Origin: a virus | Reading direction: 5' to 3' (one strand) | IMG/VR virus record: IMGVR_UViG_3300045988_137960 | DNA: 41,802 nucleotides | Shown here: positions 26,259-33,579 of the stretch, piece by piece | Numbering within the stretch: position 1 is the first letter of the stretch | Layout: the number at the start of each line of letters is the position of its first letter | Made by a program: the position numbers and the translations under genes | The notes under the pieces: model-generated | Database searches by the model: none | Seen by the model: the letters and a program-made list of their open reading frames with translations, nothing else | What the model was told of the DNA's origin: nothing

Positions 26259-26501
26259 TCAGCGCTCGGGCGGCTCGTCCGCGCCCTCCTCGTCGGCGGC
26301 GGCATCGGCGCGGTCCGCCATCGCCGCCTGCGCCGCTATCGCGGCCATCGCCGATGTCCCGACGGCCTGCGCCGCCTCGGCCACCTCGAGGAAGTTCGCG
26401 CCCAGCTCGACCGCCGAGTCCGCGAACGCGGAGATGAGCGCGTGGACCTTCTCGCGGTCGTAGATGCCGCGTCCCAGCTCGGCCTCCTGCTCGGGCGTCA
26501 T
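26259..26501 (-). CDS. Hypothetical acidic Ala-rich protein (80 aa)
   Basis: MTPEQEAELGRGIYDREKVHALISAF... ATGA overlaps the upstream HTH gene. Confidence 0.5.
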   Translation of the reverse strand: MTPEQEAELGRGIYDREKVHALISAFADSAVELGANFLEVAEAAQAVGTSAMAAIAAQAAMADRADAAADEEGADEPPER

Positions 26502-26758
26502 CCGGCCACCTCCTCGATGCCGCAGCGCATGGCCCGCGCGATGGCGCACCACGTCGCGAAGTTGCCGGCGCTCGCCCCGCTCCTCAGCGCGGTGATGGTC
26601 CTCGTGGAGATTCCCGTCCTCTCGGACAGCTCGGCGACGGTGGTTCCCGTCTCCCTCATCCTCGCCTTCAGCTTGGCCCCGGAGCTGGGGTCCTTCACCG
26701 GCGAGAGCGGTGTGGTGCAGGCCATGGCCCTCCTTCTTCTGTCAATGTGCTGCGGCAT
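26498..26758 (-). CDS. XRE-type HTH DNA-binding protein
   Basis: KLKARMRETGTTVAELSERTGISTRTITALRSG is a helix-turn-helix. The start is either 26758 or MACTT at 26725. Confidence 0.65.
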   Translation of the reverse strand: MPQHIDRRRRAMACTTPLSPVKDPSSGAKLKARMRETGTTVAELSERTGISTRTITALRSGASAGNFATWCAIARAMRCGIEEVAG

Positions 26759-26770
26759 ATCCTACCACGC

Positions 26771-26893
26771 GAAATGCCGCCTGGGGCGACGAGACGCTAT
26801 TCTCGGGGCACTTACACGCCTCGCCCTGCACCGACTGGTCCAAGGCCCGCAGCGCCCCGCAAATCTAATCTCATGGCCTTCAGGCGGCATTTC
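26771..26893. repeat. 13-bp perfect inverted repeat pair (26771-26783 and 26881-26893) bracketing the 5' leader of the HTH gene
   Basis: gaaatgccgcctg ... caggcggcatttc, separated by 97 nt. Confidence 0.8.
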
Positions 26894-26912
26894 CGACTCG
26901 GGCGCAGCGCGC

Positions 26913-27030
26913 GATTTTGATTTCGATTTTCAAATTGTGATTTTGATTTCGATTTCGATTTCGATTTCATTTTCCGATTTTGATTTCCGATTTCGATTTC
27001 GATTTCGGTTCCGGGGGCCGATTTCGGTTC
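26913..27030. repeat. Hexamer/dodecamer tandem array (GATTTC)n and (GATTTTGATTTC)n
   Basis: About 8 gatttc units and 3 gattttgatttc units, plus two gatttcggttccgg units, in a non-coding gap next to the replication genes. Confidence 0.9.
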
Positions 27031-27040
27031 CGGCCCCCGG
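27011..27040 (-). terminator. GC hairpin 9 nt downstream of the loader gene
   Basis: ccgggggcc/ggcccccgg forms a 9-bp stem with a 12-nt loop. There is no clean U-run. Confidence 0.4.
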
Positions 27041-27048
27041 TTCCCGCC

Positions 27049-27732
27049 TCACCACCCGAACGACTTGTCCATCTCGGCGTACACGTCGCGGGTCATGCGG
27101 TGCCTGCCCGTGTCGACCTTGAGCGGGCGGCACATGCCGAGGATGCGGTTGTACGTGCGCCTGTCGGCCACGTCGCCCTCTCCCGCCAGCTGCTCCCTCG
27201 TGAGGTTGCTCGTGACGATGGTCGGACGGTGCAGCTGGTAGCGCATGTCGACGATGCTGTAGACCGTCTCCTTGCCGAAGCTGCTGGTGCGCTCGGCCCC
27301 GAGGTCGTCGAGGACCAGCAGCTCCGCGTCGGTGAGCAGGCGGACGGCCGTCGGCACCTCGTCGTACCTGCGGCTCAACACCCACGGCATCGAGCGGCAC
27401 ACGACGCGCATCCCGCGGTCGAGCGCCTCGTTGGCGATGCAGCAGGCGAGGAACGTCTTGCCGCTGTCGGGCGGACCGAACAGGAGCAGCCCGCTCCTCT
27501 GGGCCGGCAGCGTGGCGGCGTACCTGCGGCACTTGTCGACGAGGTCGCCGCCGTACTTCCCGTCGTCGTGGGCGAAGTCCATCAGGCGCATCTCCGGGGC
27601 GACGAACGCCGTCTCGGCGCGGGCCTCCAGCGAGGCGCACCGGCATTTCACCGGGACCTTCACCGGACGGGTCCCGTCGTAGACGACGCGCTCGACGGGG
27701 TGGCCGCACTTGGGGCACATCTCGACGTCCAC
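27049..27732 (-). CDS. DnaC/IstB-like AAA+ helicase loader with an N-terminal zinc ribbon
   Basis: CPKCG...CRC; Walker A is GPPDSGKT and Walker B is LLVLDDLG. Confidence 0.85.
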   Translation of the reverse strand: MDVEMCPKCGHPVERVVYDGTRPVKVPVKCRCASLEARAETAFVAPEMRLMDFAHDDGKYGGDLVDKCRRYAATLPAQRSGLLLFGPPDSGKTFLACCIANEALDRGMRVVCRSMPWVLSRRYDEVPTAVRLLTDAELLVLDDLGAERTSSFGKETVYSIVDMRYQLHRPTIVTSNLTREQLAGEGDVADRRTYNRILGMCRPLKVDTGRHRMTRDVYAEMDKSFGW

Positions 27733-27733
27733 G

Positions 27734-28528
27734 TCACATCACCGAGTCCAGTGCGCTGAGGACCGCGCTGTCCATGCGGGCCGGCCTGGCCTTCGCGCCA
27801 TCGCGCCTCGCCCAGTTGAGGATGGTGCTGTAGTGCGACTTGTACGACTTGCCGGTGGACGACAGGTACCAGCTCAGGTTGTCGATGCGCTCGGACCAGT
27901 CGGGGAAGCGCTCCTTGAGCTTGGCAAGCTCGTCGTCAGTGAGCAGGACGTTGCCGTTCTCGCCGTGCTTGTGCTTCTTTGGCTTCGGCTTTCCCTTGGC
28001 ACTTGCCGCGGCGGCATCGCCGCCCGGCCCCGCGGACGCGGGAATACGTTCGGGATCAGGTTGAGTATCAACCTTAGAGGAGTTACTACTCTCTCCTAAC
28101 CTATCCTTACCTAACCTAACCTCTGTATACAATTTGTATACAGGCTTCGGCGAAGTGAACATATCCGCAGGTCGGACGCCAGTGTCGCGCAAAGTGTACG
28201 ACTTGTTCTCGTCAATGTAGCACATGGCTAACTCTTCTTGATACCGAGTCGCGTGCCGGCGGTCCGCTGGGACGTAGTTGTTGGTCCACCACGCCGTGAT
28301 GACAGCAGCGCCCGACGGGAACTCCAGGATGAACTTCTTCGACGCCAGCAGGCGCAGGTCGTCCTCCGAGGCCCCGCACATGCGGCGGACGGCCCTGGGG
28401 TTGTTGATGAACCCCCAGTCGTCCGCCGCCATGCCGAGGTGGAGGTACAGCGACTGCGCCGAGCACGGCATGTCCATGAACGAGTCCGACTCGACGATGG
28501 ACTTTGAGAACATTCGCCTCTCCGCCAT
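27734..28528 (-). CDS. Phage replisome organiser (DnaD-like replication initiator)
   Basis: MAERRMFSKSIVESDSFMDMPCSAQSLYLHLGMAADDWGFINNP is the typical replisome-organiser N-terminal domain. The C-terminus ...KSYKSHYSTILNWARRDG is DnaD-like. Confidence 0.8.
   Translation of the reverse strand: MAERRMFSKSIVESDSFMDMPCSAQSLYLHLGMAADDWGFINNPRAVRRMCGASEDDLRLLASKKFILEFPSGAAVITAWWTNNYVPADRRHATRYQEELAMCYIDENKSYTLRDTGVRPADMFTSPKPVYKLYTEVRLGKDRLGESSNSSKVDTQPDPERIPASAGPGGDAAAASAKGKPKPKKHKHGENGNVLLTDDELAKLKERFPDWSERIDNLSWYLSSTGKSYKSHYSTILNWARRDGAKARPARMDSAVLSALDSVM
28095..28143. promoter_or_regulatory. Origin-like element inside the organiser gene: (CCTAA/CCTTA) direct repeats plus a 21-bp palindrome
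   Basis: cctaacctatccttacctaacctaacct is followed by ctgtatacaa-t-ttgtatacag (10-bp arms, 28123-28143). This is a local AT-rich dip in the linker-coding part of the gene. Confidence 0.5.
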
Positions 28529-28574
28529 GCCTTACCCCCTATCAATAAAATCTAGTTTTCGATGACTTGCGTAG

Positions 28575-28946
28575 TCATCGCTTCATCGCATCGAGCACGT
28601 CGCCGACGATTGCCGCGTCAGGAGAAGCCAGGTACCTCATCGTATCGGGAAGCATGATGCAGAGCGTTATGAGGCCAATTAGCGCGATGGCACCGAACGT
28701 AATCATGATGTAGAAGCACAACATGCCCTCATCCGAGGAATCGTCGCAATCGCGATACTCCCTGAGAGTCTTTATGAGCACACGGGACGAGATGACAAGC
28801 GCCACCGCCGCCAGCAGACAGGCCGAGCCGCGCTCCGCAACCCGCATTGCCGCCCACTTTGGGGCAAACTCGGACAGGTGCGCAATCAGGTAGTCGGCAC
28901 CTACGCCGAGCTGGTTGGCAATCTCCTTGATGGCATCAGAATTCAT
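28575..28946 (-). CDS. Membrane protein (2-3 TM)
   Basis: 122 aa from MNSDAIKEIANQLG, with hydrophobic segments ACLLAAVALVISS and MLCFYIMITFGAIALIGLITLCIM. Confidence 0.5.
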   Translation of the reverse strand: MNSDAIKEIANQLGVGADYLIAHLSEFAPKWAAMRVAERGSACLLAAVALVISSRVLIKTLREYRDCDDSSDEGMLCFYIMITFGAIALIGLITLCIMLPDTMRYLASPDAAIVGDVLDAMKR

Positions 28947-29172
28947 ATGACGGCTCCTTCCGCTCCACGTACTTGCAGTACCGGGTGCCGCGAATCTCGG
29001 AGCAGAACGTCCGCTCAAGCTCGTCACCCTCCAGCTTCTCGTAGCGGTCGCGGTACTCTTTGCAGTCGCAGAACCCTGTACCTCGGGCGCTGTCATGGTG
29101 GATGCACGTCTTGCAGGTCGGCAGGAAGATACGCCTGATATACAGGACCGGGTGATGCAAGAAGCTAATCAT
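28936..29172 (-). CDS. Small Cys/His-rich protein
   Basis: 78 aa, ...CKTCIHHDSARGTGFCDCKEY... Confidence 0.45.
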   Translation of the reverse strand: MISFLHHPVLYIRRIFLPTCKTCIHHDSARGTGFCDCKEYRDRYEKLEGDELERTFCSEIRGTRYCKYVERKEPSYEF

Positions 29173-29620
29173 CGGCTACCTCCATCAAGTCGTAAATGTC
29201 CATTCCGGTGACGTCAGAGAGCGCCAGGACGGAGCCGACGCGAGGCTCGACTCCATTGTTAATCCAATTGCTGAGGGTCATGGATGGGACTCCGAGCATC
29301 TCGCCCAAGCGCTTGCGGGTCACGTCGTTCTCAACCATCCAGATTTTCAGCGCCTTCACATTAAGCCTGTACCTGTGCGACCCGACGGACGACTTGAGCA
29401 TGGGCACAAACCCATGGCTCCACCTGGCGCTGACGATCTCGACGAGACGTTCGACGTCGTCTCGGTAGAGGTACTCGCCAAGCTCTGGATGAATATCGAG
29501 GGCGTCGAGGATGTCGCCGACCTCGCAGTACTCCTCACCAGTCTCGTCATCCTCGAGAAAGACGATGTTTTTGAGGCCCGTGACGATGTCGCGGCGTTCG
29601 CGGTCGCTAATCATCGGCAA
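29165..29620 (-). CDS. Protein with a C-terminal XRE-type HTH
   Basis: RKRLGEMLGVPSMTLSNWINNG. The N-terminus MISDRERRDIV is paralogous to the next gene. Confidence 0.55.
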   Translation of the reverse strand: MPMISDRERRDIVTGLKNIVFLEDDETGEEYCEVGDILDALDIHPELGEYLYRDDVERLVEIVSARWSHGFVPMLKSSVGSHRYRLNVKALKIWMVENDVTRKRLGEMLGVPSMTLSNWINNGVEPRVGSVLALSDVTGMDIYDLMEVADD

Positions 29621-29963
29621 TCACCGCCCCGCAGTATGCGCAGTTGTGCGACGGCAGCGGCCCGCAGTCGCCCAAAATAACGAACTTGTAATTGATCTTG
29701 CCGCAGCGTGGACAGCGCCAGTACACCGGGCCGACCTTCTCTGGCTTGATTGAGGGGCGGTCGATGAGGTCGGCAAGGAGGTTGACGATGTTCTTCCACG
29801 TCTCGGACTCCTTGACCAGGTCAAATTCTCCGTAGTCATACGTACGGTACACACCGAGAGTCTCACTGAACATATGTTGCATACTCTCGCCCTTGGCTAG
29901 CTTATGCTTGGTGCGCTCCCGCAACTTATTTGCCACCTCGCGACGCTCTTTATCGGTAATCAC
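29607..29963 (-). CDS. Zinc-ribbon protein
   Basis: MITDKERREVANKLRE... with C-terminal CPRCG...CAYCG. Confidence 0.5.
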   Translation of the reverse strand: MITDKERREVANKLRERTKHKLAKGESMQHMFSETLGVYRTYDYGEFDLVKESETWKNIVNLLADLIDRPSIKPEKVGPVYWRCPRCGKINYKFVILGDCGPLPSHNCAYCGAVIADD

Positions 29964-30184
29964 CTGTCATCCGCCTCCACCATCTTGTAAAGCTCGAGCA
30001 GCATCGAGCGACCCATGCGGATCGCCTCGAGCAGGCGCGTCTTGCTGAGGCTCGCGGGGATATGAAAATCGCTCTTAAGGTGCAGGGACGTAATCCAGTC
30101 CTCGCGGGCATCGATGCGTCCACTCAGGTCATTCATGAAGTCGGCGGCGAGCCGCGCCTTGGCGGCAATCTCCTCGTTGTCCAT
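29960..30184 (-). CDS. Hypothetical protein (74 aa)
   Basis: ORF with overlapping stop and start, in operon context. Confidence 0.45.
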   Translation of the reverse strand: MDNEEIAAKARLAADFMNDLSGRIDAREDWITSLHLKSDFHIPASLSKTRLLEAIRMGRSMLLELYKMVEADDR

Positions 30185-30192
30185 CGGTCCTC

Positions 30193-30909
30193 CTATCGGC
30201 TGTAGGCGAGGGCGATGTCCTCGAAGCGGTCGTACACTTTGTCGTTGACGATGTAGCGGTTGTAGTCGCCCTGCTCCGTGTAGTGCCAGCGGCCCTCGCG
30301 GTGCCCCTCGATCAGGTAGTCGCTGAGCGTGTCGTCAGGAATGAAGTCTCCATCGACCATCTGGCGGAACGTTAGCTCGTCGACACCCAAGCAGCCGCGG
30401 AACGCATTCGCGATTTCCTCGACAGCGTTGATGGTGGTTTCCTTGGTGACGACGAACACGACGCGGATAACCGTCCCACACCTGTAGATGCTCTCATGAT
30501 GCGGAAATGCCTTGTTCACGCGGTCGAGGTCATCGACGGTCCTACAGTGGTAGACGACGCGGTCGAAGCCCCTCAGCAGACGCATGACATCGTCGTCGTG
30601 CATGTATTGACAGAGAGTCTCGGCGCTCGTGTGCATCTCCGTCTCGACGTTGTTCCAATAGCAGATCTCTTGCGTCATGGCGTACCACGCGGCACGCGTC
30701 CTGTCGGTCGTAATACCGTGCATCGGGTCGCCACCGCCGGAGAAGCTAAGGAACTCAATGTAGTCATCTTCCAGCAGGCCGCGCAAGGTTTTAGATACGG
30801 CCAGCGCGTCAGTCTCCGGCAGGTGCATACCGGTCTGCTTCGTGATGCAGTACGGGCACTTGTAGTGGCACCCGAAGTTGGTGATGACGGAGTAGTTTGT
30901 GTTAATCAT
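30193..30909 (-). CDS. Radical SAM enzyme (small, single-domain)
   Basis: 238 aa from MINTNYSVITNFGCHYKCPYCITKQ (CxxxCxxC), with LSFSGGGDPM (GGE/DP-type SAM motif). The ORF-track N-terminal extension is not credible. Confidence 0.7.
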   Translation of the reverse strand: MINTNYSVITNFGCHYKCPYCITKQTGMHLPETDALAVSKTLRGLLEDDYIEFLSFSGGGDPMHGITTDRTRAAWYAMTQEICYWNNVETEMHTSAETLCQYMHDDDVMRLLRGFDRVVYHCRTVDDLDRVNKAFPHHESIYRCGTVIRVVFVVTKETTINAVEEIANAFRGCLGVDELTFRQMVDGDFIPDDTLSDYLIEGHREGRWHYTEQGDYNRYIVNDKVYDRFEDIALAYSR

Positions 30910-31303
30910 CCTGCTCACCGCCAAAGACGGCGCGGACGCGTGCCGCGATGTCCGAAATGACATAGCCCACGCAGTTATCGTCGGCAGGACATCCATCGCA
31001 ATGGAAATATCCGCGCCCAAGGTACGCGCAGCACCACATGCCGTCATTTCGGACAACAGACTCGGCAATACGCAAGTCTTGCAGCAGCCTCTTTCGGCTG
31101 TTGTCGCCTGCCGGCTTGGAGACGCAGAACAGGCCGGGGTCGTAGCCGTCGGAGCCTTCCGACTTGAAGGACCACTTCCTAGTCGTCTGGTTGTACACCC
31201 ACTCCTGGACCTCGTGCTCGTTGCCCTGCTCGTCATACAGGCAGCCGGTGCCAATCGGAATATCAACGCCGTTCATGTCGACCGGCTGGTTAAGTTCAAT
31301 CAT
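30902..31303 (-). CDS. Hypothetical protein with a Cys-rich C-terminus (paralogue of 31303-31695)
   Basis: MIELNQPVDMNGVDIPIG...CCAYLGRGYFHCDGCPADDNCVGYVISDIAARVR. Confidence 0.5.
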   Translation of the reverse strand: MIELNQPVDMNGVDIPIGTGCLYDEQGNEHEVQEWVYNQTTRKWSFKSEGSDGYDPGLFCVSKPAGDNSRKRLLQDLRIAESVVRNDGMWCCAYLGRGYFHCDGCPADDNCVGYVISDIAARVRAVFGGEQDD

Positions 31304-31695
31304 TAGCTCTTGCTCCTCAACTTTTTGATGCGAGATGCGACGTCGTCAAAGACATTGCGCATGCAAACACCGTTGCTGTCTGCGTAAAACTGGCATTTGT
31401 CGCACGTTAGGTCATTGCTGTGCGCGTAATGGCATGACTGGTAATACTCTGCGTTAGCACCCCTACCCAAGTCCTCCAGCAGCTTCTCCCAACTGTCTGG
31501 CGGGTCGAGGTGCACGTCGCTGGTGTTCAAATTCAAGTATTCGCTCGGCTTTACAAACCAAGCGCCAAAGGAGTCTGAGCTGCGATATTTATACTCGAAC
31601 CCCTTAACCGAGACTTTGGTCCCGTCGTCGAGAAACAGCTCGGAAGTGTCCAGCGGAATCTCTCGCCCCTCGGCATCTTTTGGTAGTCGAATCAT
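31303..31695 (-). CDS. Hypothetical protein with a Cys-rich C-terminus (paralogue of 30902-31303)
   Basis: MIRLPKDAEGREIPLD...DSWEKLLEDL...CHYAHSNDLTCDKCQFYADSNGVCMRNVFDDVASRIK. A GAAGGG RBS lies before the ATG at 31693-31695. Confidence 0.5.
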   Translation of the reverse strand: MIRLPKDAEGREIPLDTSELFLDDGTKVSVKGFEYKYRSSDSFGAWFVKPSEYLNLNTSDVHLDPPDSWEKLLEDLGRGANAEYYQSCHYAHSNDLTCDKCQFYADSNGVCMRNVFDDVASRIKKLRSKS

Positions 31696-31718
31696 CTCTA
31701 CCCTTCCAACGCGTTGCA

Positions 31719-32183
31719 CTACGCCACCCACTTCTTGATGACGGTGACGTCGTACTTGGCGGCGAAACCGGACGCCTCGGCCGCAGCGGTCAGGGCGTCA
31801 CACACGGCGAAGGCCTTGTCCTCGCTGTCGAACCAGTAGATCGGCGCTCCGCCGACTACGGTCAGGACGTACATGTTGCTGGTTTCAGTGGTATTCTTCT
31901 CCATGTTGGAGGCCTCCTTGGTGGCGGTTGCAGCCGCCTTCTCGTCCTTCAATTTGCAGCGGGCCGCCATCTTCTCGTACTCGGCGGCCCGCACCCCTTT
32001 GCACCACTCGGTCCACTCGGCGATTGCCTTCTGGCGGTCGGCCTTCGGGAAGCGCTTTCTGTCCATCTTCCCGGTCGTGGCCCTGTAGCACGTTCCGTAG
32101 TAGCCTTTCTCGTCGTCGCACCAGAGATTCCCGTCCCTGCTGTTGCCGACGATTGGCTTATTTCTCCCTGCTCCCACTCTCAT
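31719..32183 (-). CDS. Hypothetical protein (start uncertain)
   Basis: 154-codon ORF. The first ATG has GGAGG with zero spacing; the internal MDRKRF is an alternative start. Confidence 0.45.
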   Translation of the reverse strand: MRVGAGRNKPIVGNSRDGNLWCDDEKGYYGTCYRATTGKMDRKRFPKADRQKAIAEWTEWCKGVRAAEYEKMAARCKLKDEKAAATATKEASNMEKNTTETSNMYVLTVVGGAPIYWFDSEDKAFAVCDALTAAAEASGFAAKYDVTVIKKWVA

Positions 32184-32484
32184 CCTCCACTTCGTTCAGG
32201 AACTGGCCCGTAATCAGGCGATGGAGCCAGTCGGCGCACTTGTAAATGTCCTTGCCGTAGTCGTCCTTTAACCCGGCGCGGGCGAAGTACTTAAGGCCGT
32301 GGGCCACGTCGGCAATTTGATCGCCGCCGACCATTCCGCTCTCTCCGAGCAGTTTGGCAACAGCCTCAATCTTGTCGGCAGTCTGCACCCCGCCTTGCCT
32401 GTAGTGCGAGGCGTACGGGACTTCAATCTTGGTGACCCTGCCGTCATGACCCCTAATTTCAGTGATTGGGACAGATGTCTGCAT
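32158..32484 (-). CDS. DUF3310-like phage protein
   Basis: HYRQGGVQTADKIEAV...AHGLKYFARAGLKDDYGKDIYKCADWLHRLI shows the H-Y...IE...KY..R...K...D..K..W pattern. An AAGGAG RBS lies before the ATG at 32482-32484. Confidence 0.5.
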   Translation of the reverse strand: MQTSVPITEIRGHDGRVTKIEVPYASHYRQGGVQTADKIEAVAKLLGESGMVGGDQIADVAHGLKYFARAGLKDDYGKDIYKCADWLHRLITGQFLNEVEDESGSREK

Positions 32485-32725
32485 CCCTCTCCTTCCATCG
32501 TTTGACCCGGCGCTCCATTGCATCCGGGCTGTTGTCCGATTTCGCCGCCCTGCCGTCCGGCGTGATGAAGCACCCGCGCTTCATGCAATTGCACCACGCG
32601 TTGCACAGCGAGCAGAACGTATTGGAGCCGACGACATCCGTTGAGCACAGGCACGAGGCCGGGTCGCCCGTAAATGTCGGCTCCGTGAAGTCGTCTGCGC
32701 GGAGGTCGTAGTCGCGCCACCCCAT
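32459..32725 (-). CDS. Small Cys-rich protein
   Basis: 88 aa, ...CLCSTDVVGSNTFCSLCNAWCNCMKRGC... Confidence 0.4.
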   Translation of the reverse strand: MGWRDYDLRADDFTEPTFTGDPASCLCSTDVVGSNTFCSLCNAWCNCMKRGCFITPDGRAAKSDNSPDAMERRVKRWKERDADICPNH

Positions 32726-32727
32726 GT

Positions 32728-32940
32728 CTAGCAGACGGCCCGGCTGAGCGGCTCATACGACACGCACTCGATTTCCTCCTGCGCGTCCCTATGCGGAAGG
32801 CGGTCGAAAACGAGCGTCACAGCCCAACGCACCGGGTTCCCGCCGCGGTTCTTGCACTCGATGCGCTCGACGTCCTCCATGCAGACGCCGTAATCGCAGC
32901 AGAACTCCCTGAAGTGGCGGCACTCCCCGCACCTCGCCAT
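32728..32940 (-). CDS. Small Cys-rich protein
   Basis: MARCGECRHFREFCCDYGVCMEDVERIECKN... Confidence 0.45.
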   Translation of the reverse strand: MARCGECRHFREFCCDYGVCMEDVERIECKNRGGNPVRWAVTLVFDRLPHRDAQEEIECVSYEPLSRAVC

Positions 32941-33113
32941 CACTCGCTGGCCTCCAGCGCACGCTCGACCTCGTCCTGAATCTTCTTGAGGACCGTCACG
33001 ACCGATGCGCCCGAAAACTTTGCCGTCGGTCGCTGGCTGAGGTTCTCGATGCTCCTGGAGAGCGTGCAGTACAGGTCGCAGAGCACGACCTTCCTCGTCT
33101 TGGCGTTACCCAT
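32940..33113 (-). CDS. Hypothetical small protein (57 aa)
   Basis: Hand-read ORF MGNAKTRKVVLCDLYCTLSRSIENLSQRPTAKFSGASVVTVLKKIQDEVERALEASE. Its stop overlaps the next ATG. Confidence 0.35.
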   Translation of the reverse strand: MGNAKTRKVVLCDLYCTLSRSIENLSQRPTAKFSGASVVTVLKKIQDEVERALEASE

Positions 33114-33225
33114 TGGCAACCCTCGCCTCCCTATACGAGCGCAGGTAGCGCTCCTCCTTCTTGTGCTGGGCCTCGTGGTGCAGGCAGAAGCCGCTGGCCA
33201 TGCCGGTCATCTTTCCGCAGATCGG

Positions 33226-33375
33226 TCAGGCGACCGGCTCGGCCCCGCACTCGGACCTGATGTGAGATATGCGCGATTTCATCGCCGCGTGCCTGCGCTC
33301 GCATGACGGGCATCGCATCCTCGCGTATCCGCCGCGGTACTTCAGGCCGCACACCTGGCAGCTCGTGTATCCCAT
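33226..33375 (-). CDS. Small zinc-ribbon protein (49 aa), followed in frame by a further 34-codon ORF
   Basis: MGYTSCQVCGLKYRGGYARMRCPSCERRH... ATGA overlaps the upstream HTH gene. Confidence 0.45.
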   Translation of the reverse strand: MGYTSCQVCGLKYRGGYARMRCPSCERRHAAMKSRISHIRSECGAEPVA

Positions 33376-33542
33376 CACGCCTCCCCAAACATTTCGTCGT
33401 AGCTGATGCCGAGTCCGTCGTGTAGCGCCTTGATGACCTTGTAGCTCGGGTTCTGCATCCCGTTGGAGACGTTGAATACGGTCCCGTAGCTCAGGCCGCA
33501 CTTATTTGAGATGGCCGTGTACATGCAGTCGTTATCGCTCAT
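33375..33542 (-). CDS. Small XRE-type HTH protein (55 aa)
   Basis: MSDNDCMYTAISNKCGLSYGTVFNVSNGMQNPSYKVIKALHDGLGISYDEMF. Confidence 0.55.
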   Translation of the reverse strand: MSDNDCMYTAISNKCGLSYGTVFNVSNGMQNPSYKVIKALHDGLGISYDEMFGEA

Positions 33543-33579
33543 GTACCTCGTGAGCGCACGGACGAGCGGCTCGGTCGGC

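Noticed and set aside
26913-27030. The short-period repeat array as a CRISPR locus.
   Set aside because: Units are 6-12 bp and contiguous, with no unique spacers and no cas genes.
25833-27122. A 429-codon plus-strand ORF and a 262-codon minus-strand ORF (26930-27718) crossing the repeat array.
   Set aside because: They run through terminators, the GATTTC array (giving FDFDF, ISISI and RNRNR strings) and antisense to the HTH and loader genes. They have no RBS and no protein-like composition.
33226-33228. The in-frame TGA as evidence of stop-codon recoding or selenocysteine.
   Set aside because: TGA terminates many well-supported genes in this genome (for example the RT, dUTPase and several coupled ATGA junctions). 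No SECIS-like element or tRNA-Sec is present, and the tRNA array contains no suppressor anticodon.
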